The notes under the pieces were generated by a model. It saw only the letters and a program-made list of their open reading frames with translations. It was not told the DNA's origin and made no database searches. From assembly GCA_034669905.1 (NCBI GenBank), contig JAXMOL010000007.1:32001-96000 (forward strand): 64,000 bases of DNA, given 5' to 3'. The stretch's first letter is position 1, and every line of letters starts with the position of its first letter. Both the position numbers and the translations under genes were made by a program. Below, in pieces: positions 9,276 through 17,956 of this stretch. This DNA is from Candidatus Hydrogenedentota bacterium (lineage in GTDB: Bacteria; Hydrogenedentota; Hydrogenedentia; Hydrogenedentales; JAEUWI01).

Positions 9276-11513
9276 TCAGCCCTTCCGGATGAGTACCCGG
9301 TCACCAATCTGGAGCACGTGGTTCTTGGGCCACTTGTTCCACTTGAAGAGGTCGCTGATTTTGACGCCATAGCGTCGCGCGATGGTCGTGGGGTTCTGAC
9401 CCCGTGCCACCGTGTGGGTCAGCTCTTTGGAAGCTTCTGCCTCGCTGGAGGCCGCACTGCCGCTGGCACCCGTCACCTTATAGGTTTTTCCAGCACGGAG
9501 GACCGAGCGGCTGGTGAGCCCGTTGAGCGAAAGAAACTCGCGGGTGGTCATGCCATACTTCTGGGCAATGACGCTGGCACTCTCTCCCTTGCGCACCTTA
9601 TGCTCACCCGTGCTTGTCGTGTTGGAGGCCACCCGGGTTACGGGCGAGGCCGCCGGGGGGACGTCGGGCGGCAGGATGGCATCGGTCGTCGGCTCGTCCG
9701 AAGCAGACTGTGCGGCGGCGGCGGCCACGATGAGCTTGTCGCCCACCTTGATCGTGGAGCGGGCACCGAGATTGTTCCAGGAGAGGAAATCGCGTACCGG
9801 GATGCCATAGTCACGGGCGATCTTCGCGGGGTATTCTCCCGCACGGACCGTGTGATAGGTGGCACCGCTCTTTGCTGCGGGTGCCGCTGCGGCCGCAGGT
9901 GCCGCCGTCGTGATGGTCCGCTCACCCACATGGAGGGTTTCTCCCACCTTCAGGCGAGAGCGCCGGCCCTTGTTGTTCCACTTCTGCAAATCGGACACCG
10001 AGACCCGGTGGGCCTGGGCGATGTCGTACAGTGTGTCGCCCGGCTTGACCTTATACGTAACTTTTTCGGTTCGGGACGTGCCCTCGGAACGGGAGGCGGT
10101 CTGGGTCGAAGCCGTCTCGCCGCCGCCCTGACCTGTGCCCCGATAGCCGGGAATCTTCAGGGTCTGTCCGGCACGCAGTTTCCGCGCCGAGCTGATGCCA
10201 TTGTGCCGCATGATTTCACTTGCGGAAACGCCATACTTGGTCGCAATCTGGGAGACGGTCTCGCCTCGTCGTACCTTGTGGGAGCCCGCCGCATTCTTCA
10301 TCTTGGGAGTGCTGCGCAAGACGCTGGCGAAGCGGGCCTTGTCCTGGGAGGGCACCAGGATATTAAAGGTGCCCGAGGGGGGCGTGGTTTCATTCAGCAG
10401 GGCCGGATTGATTCGGGCCAGGGTGCCTTCGGGGTAGCCCAGGGCGCGATCGAGGTCGCTGAGGGCATAGAGTCCGGACACGGGCACATGAGACACATCT
10501 TCAGGCGGCTGGGGGTTGATCTTGAATCCGTAGCGCTCCGGGGAGCGGGCAACAATGAGGGTGGCGATAAACTTGGGGAAGTAGCGCTTGGTTTCGAGGC
10601 GAATGCGGTAGGACGCGGGCGGGGTCTCGAAAAGGCTGAAGAGATCGCTGTCGCCTCCATTGGATGCGATGGCCCGGGCAAGGCCACCTTCGCCCATGTT
10701 GTACGCCGTAATCGCCAACGGCCAGCTGCCGTTGAATTCCCGATTCAACACGGTCAGGTATTCGATGGCGGCACGGGTCGAGTGGATCCAGTCATAGCGT
10801 TCATCCACGTGGGAGTCCACACGGAGATTGAAGCGGCGGGCCGTGGGGCGCATGAATTGCCACATGCCACCTGCGCCGGCGCGCGATACGATTTTGGGTT
10901 GGAAGCCACTTTCCACCAGCGCGAGATAGGCCATTTCTTCCGGGAGTCCTGCCTCGCGGAGTTGTTGCGTGATGTAGGGGAGATACTTCTGGCTCCGATC
11001 CAGAAAGGTCTGGAAATTCTTCGGGTAGCTGTTCTGGATACGGTCGATTTCGGCCAGCACCTGTTCCGGAAGGGGGAAGGGGATGCTGAAATCCTGCAGG
11101 TTGCCCGAGGCATATTCGCTGCTGTCCAGCGGGCTGTAATGACGGGGCTGATACAGGGCCGCCTGTTGGGTCGACTTGTTGAGAATGGCGCCGAACTCCG
11201 TTCGCAGGGAATAGAACACCTTCGGGTCCAGATCGGCTTCCGTCAGCAGCTCCAGCATCAGCACATACTGACGCAAGGCCGCTTCTTCGTCGCCATCTTC
11301 CTGGGCCTTGTTGGCGGCCTGAAAAGCCACATCGGCATCTCGCAGCAGGTCGGTTACCGAACGGGGTGCCACGGCTTCGAGCGTCTGGCTGCCCACCGCA
11401 ATCGGCGGTACCGGGTCAAACTGCTCTACTCCTCGTGCCGACTCACCGGTCGTCGCGCAGCCGCTCACCCAAAGGGTGGCAAGGCATAGCGCAAGAATCG
11501 CGTAGTTCTTCAT
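9276..11513 (-). CDS. mltD: MltD-type lytic transglycosylase lipoprotein with five LysM domains
   Basis: Lipobox VSGC; LALVESGF, AGAGGMWQF, AYNMGEG, ETKRY; repeated H/YxVxxGE/DT LysM units; likely ATG 11513. Confidence 0.9.
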   Translation of the reverse strand: MKNYAILALCLATLWVSGCATTGESARGVEQFDPVPPIAVGSQTLEAVAPRSVTDLLRDADVAFQAANKAQEDGDEEAALRQYVLMLELLTEADLDPKVFYSLRTEFGAILNKSTQQAALYQPRHYSPLDSSEYASGNLQDFSIPFPLPEQVLAEIDRIQNSYPKNFQTFLDRSQKYLPYITQQLREAGLPEEMAYLALVESGFQPKIVSRAGAGGMWQFMRPTARRFNLRVDSHVDERYDWIHSTRAAIEYLTVLNREFNGSWPLAITAYNMGEGGLARAIASNGGDSDLFSLFETPPASYRIRLETKRYFPKFIATLIVARSPERYGFKINPQPPEDVSHVPVSGLYALSDLDRALGYPEGTLARINPALLNETTPPSGTFNILVPSQDKARFASVLRSTPKMKNAAGSHKVRRGETVSQIATKYGVSASEIMRHNGISSARKLRAGQTLKIPGYRGTGQGGGETASTQTASRSEGTSRTEKVTYKVKPGDTLYDIAQAHRVSVSDLQKWNNKGRRSRLKVGETLHVGERTITTAAPAAAAAPAAKSGATYHTVRAGEYPAKIARDYGIPVRDFLSWNNLGARSTIKVGDKLIVAAAAAQSASDEPTTDAILPPDVPPAASPVTRVASNTTSTGEHKVRKGESASVIAQKYGMTTREFLSLNGLTSRSVLRAGKTYKVTGASGSAASSEAEASKELTHTVARGQNPTTIARRYGVKISDLFKWNKWPKNHVLQIGDRVLIRKG

Positions 11514-11795
11514 GAATGCGTTAACGCTCCTAAGTTTTCTGTTGTCCCATGGGTGCCCCAAGGTGGGCACATCGCGTTCTGCCACCATCGATCGAACCTG
11601 TAAAATGGTTAACGTAACATTTAATCGATGGCGGGGTATTGTATAGGAACTAATGTATCGCGTGCGACATCAAGTCGATCGTCACGCCCTTATCTGCTTG
11701 TGCACGACATCTCGCTATGGTGTCGTGTAAGGCAATCGGACCACGGGGTTCCCAAGATGAACAAACCGGACCAGGGGCCTGTTGTGGTTTTTGCT

Positions 11796-11824
11796 AGTGT
11801 AGTCTACATCTTGGGGGGTGTCAA
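11796..11824 (-). promoter_or_regulatory. Sigma-70-type promoter upstream of mltD
   Basis: Minus strand TTGACA-N17-TACACT. Confidence 0.65.
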
Positions 11825-11881
11825 GTAACTTACACCCTATATTGTAGTGTTTTTCGCAGTTTCACCGGCAAAAAAAGACGC

Positions 11882-12970
11882 TTAATGGCAGATTCGGCGA
11901 AATGCCAGCATGCCGCCCGCCAGAAAGACGGCGTTGGAGAGCCAGGCGGCTATGAGGGGGGGCAGTAACCCGATATTCCCCAGTCCCAGTGCTATGACGT
12001 AAAGGGTAACATAGGCGAGCCCCAAGGCGATACTTAGTCCGAAGCTCAGGAAGATCCCCCCCCGCCGTACGCGCAGGGCAAAGGGGATGGCCAGCCACAC
12101 GATGACGAAGCAGAGGGCGGGCCGTGAAAATTTGGTATGAAAGTCGACCCAGGCCCGGGTGGTAGGCACCCCCATGGCCTCGGCAAACTGGAGATCGGCA
12201 TAGAGCGCCCCGGCGGTCTTGCTGTCCGAGGATTCTTCCAGGGCAAAGAGCAATTCCGGCGATTCACTAAAGGGCGCGGGAGTCTGGGTGATCCGGGCCA
12301 CTTCCTTGATGCTGGGTTCTCGCTGGATGGTAGCCCAGCGACCATCCTCCAGAATCCACAGGGCGCGTTCCGGATCCCAATAGATACGGTCGGCTCGGAT
12401 TTCCTGCATGCCGCCTTCGTGAAAGGCGTGTATAAAGACATCGGTCCCGGTGAGGGCCTGCCGATTGAACTGGAGTATGTGGCACGACCAGCCCGCATCG
12501 CCCAATTGGGTCCAGCTCGGCCCGTGGCCTTCATGGGGCATCGCCCGGCTGAAGTATTCTTCGTCGATCTGCTGGGCGGTGGCGGCCACACGGACCCCCA
12601 CGGAGTTCTCAAAGGTGAATATCCCCAGGCTAAGCAGGAGGCCGAGCACAATCGGGGCGCGGGCGATCCGTCCCATGCTTACTCCCCCCGCCAGGAGGGC
12701 CGTGATTTCCGTGTCTTGCGCCGCACGGCCCATGACAAACAAGGTGGCGACGAGAAGGCCCAGGGCCACGGTCTGAAATTTCAGCACAAAGGTGGGCACA
12801 TGGCACAGGTAGTACTGGCCCACAATGGACCATGGCACATCATATTTGTCGATGACGCGCTGGCGGGTAATTAAGAGGTCCACGAGGACGTAGAGAAAGA
12901 CAAAAACGAGTACGGTCTTGAGGAGCGTCGCCAGGATGCGCGCACCGAAGTAGCGGTCCATCCGGGTCAT
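11882..12970 (-). CDS. lptG: LPS export ABC transporter permease LptG (LptF/LptG family)
   Basis: MDRYF start, EITALLAGGVS, C-terminal PPLIAAWLSN; start overlaps the lptF stop. Confidence 0.82.
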   Translation of the reverse strand: MTRMDRYFGARILATLLKTVLVFVFLYVLVDLLITRQRVIDKYDVPWSIVGQYYLCHVPTFVLKFQTVALGLLVATLFVMGRAAQDTEITALLAGGVSMGRIARAPIVLGLLLSLGIFTFENSVGVRVAATAQQIDEEYFSRAMPHEGHGPSWTQLGDAGWSCHILQFNRQALTGTDVFIHAFHEGGMQEIRADRIYWDPERALWILEDGRWATIQREPSIKEVARITQTPAPFSESPELLFALEESSDSKTAGALYADLQFAEAMGVPTTRAWVDFHTKFSRPALCFVIVWLAIPFALRVRRGGIFLSFGLSIALGLAYVTLYVIALGLGNIGLLPPLIAAWLSNAVFLAGGMLAFRRICH

Positions 12971-14073
12971 ACGCGATCCACCCGCCAGGTGAAGAGGAGT
13001 CCGGTGGCCACCAGCGCCAGATTGGGGATCTGGGTCACCAGGATGGCCATGCCCAACGAATCGGGGACCAGGAAGCGGAGCGCGGAGCGTAGTACGAAAT
13101 AGGCGGCGATAATCGCGACCCCGCTTGCAAAGGTGTAGGAGCGACCCGAGCGGCGTGCCCGGGCGCCAACGGGTGCCGCCACGATACTGACGGCCAGGCA
13201 CATGAGGGGGAAGGCCAGGCGCTCCCCGATTTCACGGCGGATTTTGACCAATTCGATTTGGGTCTTATGATTTCCTGTCTCATCGGCCTCGCGGCGCGTT
13301 ACCTTTTCTGCAGCCCAAAGACGGGAGAGGCTCCAGCCCGAGCGTTCCGATTCGGACTCCAGGGGAGCGAGCTGGGGCAGGGTCTTGGTGGCCTTTTGGG
13401 TGTAGTTGGTGTAGGTGGTCTGGCCTGAGCCGACGATCTGAACGTCGGTCATGCGGATCCGGGGCACGCCGTTTTCGCTGAACTGCTCGGCGGTCTTGGC
13501 GTAGTAGGCCGTGACGTCGTCCCCTTCGGTCGTCAACACGATGATATTGTGCAAGACCTTGTCGCTGTCTCGCCGTTCGATATAGACCCGCCAGTCGCCA
13601 AATTCATGCATGACCCCGGTGGGGAAGACGTCGAAGGTGATACGGTGGGGCATATCGCTGGTAAGAAGTTGGTTAAGTCGTTGATAGGCCACGGGTTGTA
13701 TGCGGTCAATGACGAGGAAGCACAGGAGGCTCAGGGCGGCACCGGCGAGCATGACGGGAAGGATCATCCGTCGCAGGGGGATGCCTGCGGCCTTGGCGGC
13801 GATTAACTCACTGGTCTGGGCCATGCGCCCGAAGGTGAGCATGATACCCAGCAGAAAGGTAATCGGGAAGATAAATCCCGCCAGACTGGGCAGGGTATAG
13901 AGGGAAATGAGCGAAATATCGACCATGGTAATCTGGGCGATGGGAAGGGCTTCCATCAGCTTCCCCAATTCCTGCCCAATGGTGCCGAGCAGGATGACAA
14001 AACTGATCACGACCGAGGCCAGGAGGGCCGGGATCCAGATCTGTTTCAGGGTGTATCGCGTCAGAATGGTCAA
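12967..14073 (-). CDS. lptF: LPS export ABC transporter permease LptF (LptF/LptG family)
   Basis: ILTRY, FGRMAQTSELIAAKAAGI, RLAFPLMCL; 3+3 TM layout. Confidence 0.82.
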   Translation of the reverse strand: MTILTRYTLKQIWIPALLASVVISFVILLGTIGQELGKLMEALPIAQITMVDISLISLYTLPSLAGFIFPITFLLGIMLTFGRMAQTSELIAAKAAGIPLRRMILPVMLAGAALSLLCFLVIDRIQPVAYQRLNQLLTSDMPHRITFDVFPTGVMHEFGDWRVYIERRDSDKVLHNIIVLTTEGDDVTAYYAKTAEQFSENGVPRIRMTDVQIVGSGQTTYTNYTQKATKTLPQLAPLESESERSGWSLSRLWAAEKVTRREADETGNHKTQIELVKIRREIGERLAFPLMCLAVSIVAAPVGARARRSGRSYTFASGVAIIAAYFVLRSALRFLVPDSLGMAILVTQIPNLALVATGLLFTWRVDRV

Positions 14074-14173
14074 AATCGTGGGGGTCTTTCCGAAGGTGAA
14101 GGGGGATTATAGCAAGTGCCGCCCCCTGCGCCCAATTCAGATGCCCGGAGGCGCGGGCCCGGGGCCGCCCCCC

Positions 14174-14200
14174 TAAAGGTACCGGGGGGGATGCCGATAA
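14174..14200 (+). promoter_or_regulatory. Sigma-28 (FliA/SigD) promoter
   Basis: TAAA-N15-GCCGATAA, exact consensus and spacing. Confidence 0.8.
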
Positions 14201-14253
14201 GGATCGTGCGACGGATTTTAACATGACTCCAGCACATGGAGGAGGCCTTCATC

Positions 14254-15579
14254 ATGGGTACATCGGCCCTTTCTTCTCTGGCGAGCTATTACTCGCCTGC
14301 CCCATCTTCCCAGCCGGAATTTCCAGGGGGCGGCGCAAACCGCGCGCTTCGCACACACGCACCTTCCCCCCAACAGGCGCCGTCGGCCCGTGCCTTGCCC
14401 AATCAGGCACTGACCACTACCGATGCCTATGAAGGCGCGGTTTACCGCACCCTGGAGACCCGGCAATCATCTTCCCTCCAGTTTTCCACCTATAGTGCCC
14501 AGCTCGGAAGCGGGGAAAAGGGGGAGGGGGCCGCCGAACTGGCGTCGTCCCAGCTCACCTTCGATTTTTTTCAGGAGTCCCGTTATGAGGAGGTTTCCTT
14601 CTTTCAGCGGCGGACGGATGCTGTGGGCGCGGGGCGTGGAGCGGGGAGCCGCGAATCCTTTTTTGCGGCCCGCGAAGAAATCACCACCCGCTTCCAGCTT
14701 TCCCTGAATATTTCCGGGGCGGCCCTCAGTGGTTTTGCCTCCACGGCGGAAGGGGCGGCGGATTCGGATGCGCTGTTGGACCGCTTGACGGAGATTACAG
14801 AGAAACTGCTGGGCCAGGCCGAAGAACTGTTCAACGAGTTTTTCTCCCAGCTTGACGGCGGCAGTGGAGCATTTAATGCGGTCTCGCTGGAAGATGCCTT
14901 TAACGAGTTTCTCAGCGGACTATATGATTCGTTGGATAGCGAAATTGTTCCTTTTCTACCGCCGCCGGGTGGTGTGCCAGCAGAAGGTGGCACGGGTGGG
15001 CTGGGTGCGAAGAGCACTCAGTTGGAATTCTCCTTTAGTTTCTCGGCTTCCATCACGCGGACCGAAACCGTGGTACAGCAGGGCGATCCCATTGTGCTGG
15101 ATTTGGACGGGGACGGCGTGGAGCTCAGCACCTATCAGGAAGGGGCTCGCTTTGATTTGATCGGCAGTGGTCGCGCCCAGCAGGTGGCCTTCGTTCAAGG
15201 AGGAGATGCCTTTCTCGCGCTGGACCGAAACGGCGACGGATTGATCAACAGCGGTAAGGAACTCTTTGGGGAGCAGCATGGCGCGCGGAATGGCTTCGAA
15301 GAATTGCGTCGCTTCGATAAGAATGGCGACGGCGTGATCGACCGCAATGACGCGATCTATGATTCGCTCAAGCTCTTCGTGGACAATGGCAACGGTATCA
15401 CCGAAGCGGGCGAACTAATCGGTCTGGCGGAAGGTGGTGTTTCCGAGATTGACCTTGGGTACCGCGACGTGGACGAGCGGGCGGCCGGTGGCAATCGCAT
15501 CGCCCAGATCGCATCCTTCTTGCGCAGTGATGGCAGCCGGGGTGTGGCTGCCGATGCCTTGTTGAACTACATCGCGTAG
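14254..15579 (+). CDS. Hypothetical protein with C-terminal FrpC-like Ca2+-binding self-processing module
   Basis: GDPIVLDLDGDGVE, FLALDRNGDGLINSGKELFG, NGFEELRRFDKNGDGVID; GGAGG RBS before ATG 14254; no signal peptide. Confidence 0.75.
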   Translation: MGTSALSSLASYYSPAPSSQPEFPGGGANRALRTHAPSPQQAPSARALPNQALTTTDAYEGAVYRTLETRQSSSLQFSTYSAQLGSGEKGEGAAELASSQLTFDFFQESRYEEVSFFQRRTDAVGAGRGAGSRESFFAAREEITTRFQLSLNISGAALSGFASTAEGAADSDALLDRLTEITEKLLGQAEELFNEFFSQLDGGSGAFNAVSLEDAFNEFLSGLYDSLDSEIVPFLPPPGGVPAEGGTGGLGAKSTQLEFSFSFSASITRTETVVQQGDPIVLDLDGDGVELSTYQEGARFDLIGSGRAQQVAFVQGGDAFLALDRNGDGLINSGKELFGEQHGARNGFEELRRFDKNGDGVIDRNDAIYDSLKLFVDNGNGITEAGELIGLAEGGVSEIDLGYRDVDERAAGGNRIAQIASFLRSDGSRGVAADALLNYIA

Positions 15580-15595
15580 GACGCCGGTATAGGAA

Positions 15596-15624
15596 AACGG
15601 GACCGACGTCAAGCGTCGGCCCCG
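15596..15624. terminator. Hairpin between convergent genes (probable bidirectional terminator)
   Basis: ACGGGACCGACG-tcaag-CGTCGGCCCGT. Confidence 0.55.
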
Positions 15625-15647
15625 TGTGCCTTTTCTGTCGATGTGCT

Positions 15648-17792
15648 CTACTGAAAACGCAGGGCGTAGAGGTCGGCGTCGAAGAGTACGAAGCGCAGCT
15701 TCACCGTTTTGCCCACCAGGGTGTTGAGTTCGGCCTTGCTGTTCCACGTAACCGGGCGGGATATATCGTCTCCGAAGATCTCATCGCATTCGTCCAAGGT
15801 ATAGCCCGGAATGGGAACGCCCTTTTCATCCTGGATCTCGCAGCGGATACTGCCGGCCGCCGAAGTGGCGTAGTTGATGCTCAGGGCGGTGTCCGAGGGG
15901 CCTTCGTTACCGGTCAGGTGAAGGGGGGTAGCCCCGCCGAAGCGATTGGCTACCCGACCACCATCGACCTGCTCGAAGTCGAAGAGCAGGTCATCCGTCG
16001 TACCTTCGAGGGCGTCCATCCCATCTGCGGCCAGTGTGGCCACCTCTTCCGCCGAAAGGGCGCGGCGCAATACCAGGATGTTGTCCATCGTGCCCAGGAA
16101 GGGCTCGTTGGCACGGTTGGTGGGGGCATAGTCTTCACCCACCAAGACGTCTCCATGGGCGAATTCGAGGGCGCCCCGACCGGCGGTCCCGCCCTGGCCG
16201 ACCAACTTGCCGTCGAGATAGAGGTGGACCACGCCATCATTCCACGTGGCGAGCAGGAGGTGGGGGTCGGTGTTGCCTGCCGCCTTGCTCCAATCGCTGA
16301 GCAAGCGCTTGTCGGCTTCGACGAGTTCTCCCTCCGCGCCAAAGCGCATGCCAATCTTCGAAATGCTGGGGTCGAAGTCAAACCACATTTCGCCCTGGGT
16401 GCTCTTCACGCTGCCGCCGTTATAGGCCGAGAAGAGACGTCGGTGTCCTTTGGGGACATCCCGCACGACTGCGGCAAAGGTGGCCTGCTTACCGAGAGAT
16501 TGGGTGCCAGGAAGGGAGAGGGTGGTTGCCCGATCGAAATGCAGGGCCTGTTTCCCGTCAATGGCCGCTTCCGTCAGGGTGACCGTTTTGGGGCGCTCCA
16601 GGGTGATGGTGGCCGTGGGGTCATCGGAGAAAACCAGGGGTTTGGTGACGAACTCACCGGTTTCGCCCCCCGCGTGGATAGAGACGAAACCGTCCTGGCG
16701 AATGGTGTGACGACGCAGGTTGCAGGGCCCTACATAGTAGCCCTCGGTGGAGTAGAGGGAAATTTCGTCGGGCGTTCCCGGCAGCGTGCCTTTCGTAAAG
16801 AGCATGCCCCAGGCCGTCATGTTGTTGCGGTTGACCCAGCGGCTGTCCTGCGCACCGGGACGAATGAAGGCTTCCCGCCACCGGTCCCAATGGTTGCCAT
16901 CGCGGCTGGTCATGAAGACACCATCGGAGACACCGGGAATGGGGTGGACCCGGGTGTCGCGGCCGGGCACAAAGCGTTTGGGGAAGGCCATGAAGATATG
17001 GGGTGCACGGGGATAGGCCACGGTGGCATTCGTGTACAGGTGCTCATCGGGGGTGTCACCGAAATCGACCCACTGGGGGTCGGTCCAGTTGACGAAGTCT
17101 TTGGAGGTGCAGGTCATGATGTGGCGGACGCCGTCTTTGAAGCCCCGGTGAAAATCGACGTAGTGTCCCCGGACGTTGTCGTAGAAGGCAAGGTTTTGGG
17201 AGTCGAAGGCCCCTTTCGTAATCACCGGCGTTTCACTCACGAGCTTCCAGTGGATGGCATCGGGTGAGGTAAACGCGACAAGTCCGCCTTTCTCGCCGCT
17301 CGCGAGGGCCTTGTATTGGGCCTCGGGCTTGCAGTCGGGATTGGTATCCTTGAAGGGTGCAAAATTGTGGACGCCAATGCCTTCCCAGATGATGTTGTTG
17401 GCCGTAGAGCCTTCGAATTCGATGATACCCAGCTCTGGCTTGGTCCAGGTGATCCCATCCTGGCTCTCGGCATAACACACATATTCCGGCGTGTAGGAGC
17501 CATCCTCCGGGTTGTAACCCGCGCCGCGGAAATACATGCGAAAGCGGTCATCATCTTCGAAGACGGTCACGTAACAACTCGTATTGCCTTCCCAGGGGGC
17601 GTCGAAGGTGATGGCGACGTTCTGCGGCGTGGGTTGGTGCAAACGCTGCTCCAGGCCTTCCATCGAATCAATCAAGTAGTCATCGACCAGGGGCTCCAGG
17701 CGGGAGCCGATGTCCAGGGGAGCGGTCAGCGCGACCGGGGCGACCAACAGGAAGGTAAGGAGCGCACAGCGCTTGAGCACCAGAAAATTCAT
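15648..17792 (-). CDS. Secreted five-bladed beta-propeller glycoside-hydrolase-like protein with inserted LamG-like domain
   Basis: Signal peptide; YAESQDGITWTKP, SPDAIHW, FDSQN, TSRDGNHW blades; LamG-like HLLLATWNDGVVHLYLDG...FLGTMDNI. Confidence 0.7.
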   Translation of the reverse strand: MNFLVLKRCALLTFLLVAPVALTAPLDIGSRLEPLVDDYLIDSMEGLEQRLHQPTPQNVAITFDAPWEGNTSCYVTVFEDDDRFRMYFRGAGYNPEDGSYTPEYVCYAESQDGITWTKPELGIIEFEGSTANNIIWEGIGVHNFAPFKDTNPDCKPEAQYKALASGEKGGLVAFTSPDAIHWKLVSETPVITKGAFDSQNLAFYDNVRGHYVDFHRGFKDGVRHIMTCTSKDFVNWTDPQWVDFGDTPDEHLYTNATVAYPRAPHIFMAFPKRFVPGRDTRVHPIPGVSDGVFMTSRDGNHWDRWREAFIRPGAQDSRWVNRNNMTAWGMLFTKGTLPGTPDEISLYSTEGYYVGPCNLRRHTIRQDGFVSIHAGGETGEFVTKPLVFSDDPTATITLERPKTVTLTEAAIDGKQALHFDRATTLSLPGTQSLGKQATFAAVVRDVPKGHRRLFSAYNGGSVKSTQGEMWFDFDPSISKIGMRFGAEGELVEADKRLLSDWSKAAGNTDPHLLLATWNDGVVHLYLDGKLVGQGGTAGRGALEFAHGDVLVGEDYAPTNRANEPFLGTMDNILVLRRALSAEEVATLAADGMDALEGTTDDLLFDFEQVDGGRVANRFGGATPLHLTGNEGPSDTALSINYATSAAGSIRCEIQDEKGVPIPGYTLDECDEIFGDDISRPVTWNSKAELNTLVGKTVKLRFVLFDADLYALRFQ

Positions 17793-17956
17793 GGGGGTTT
17801 CCTTCTAAGCGGGTTGAGAGTTGTTATAACCAATTATGGTAGCCGCCAGCGCGGCAGGTGTCAAGGGGCCCCGTTACAAAGGGGTTACGGTCGTGCGATG
17901 AAGGGGCCGCTATACTGACGATAGACCAGCAACCCTACCCGAGAAAGGGGCTTTCC

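Noticed and set aside
9252..11489. 745-aa plus-strand ORF and similar long antisense ORFs (e.g. 26289..28553, 15624..17267, 57408..58913)
   Set aside because: Shadow frames opposite well-supported genes, expected in high-GC DNA; no recognisable motifs.
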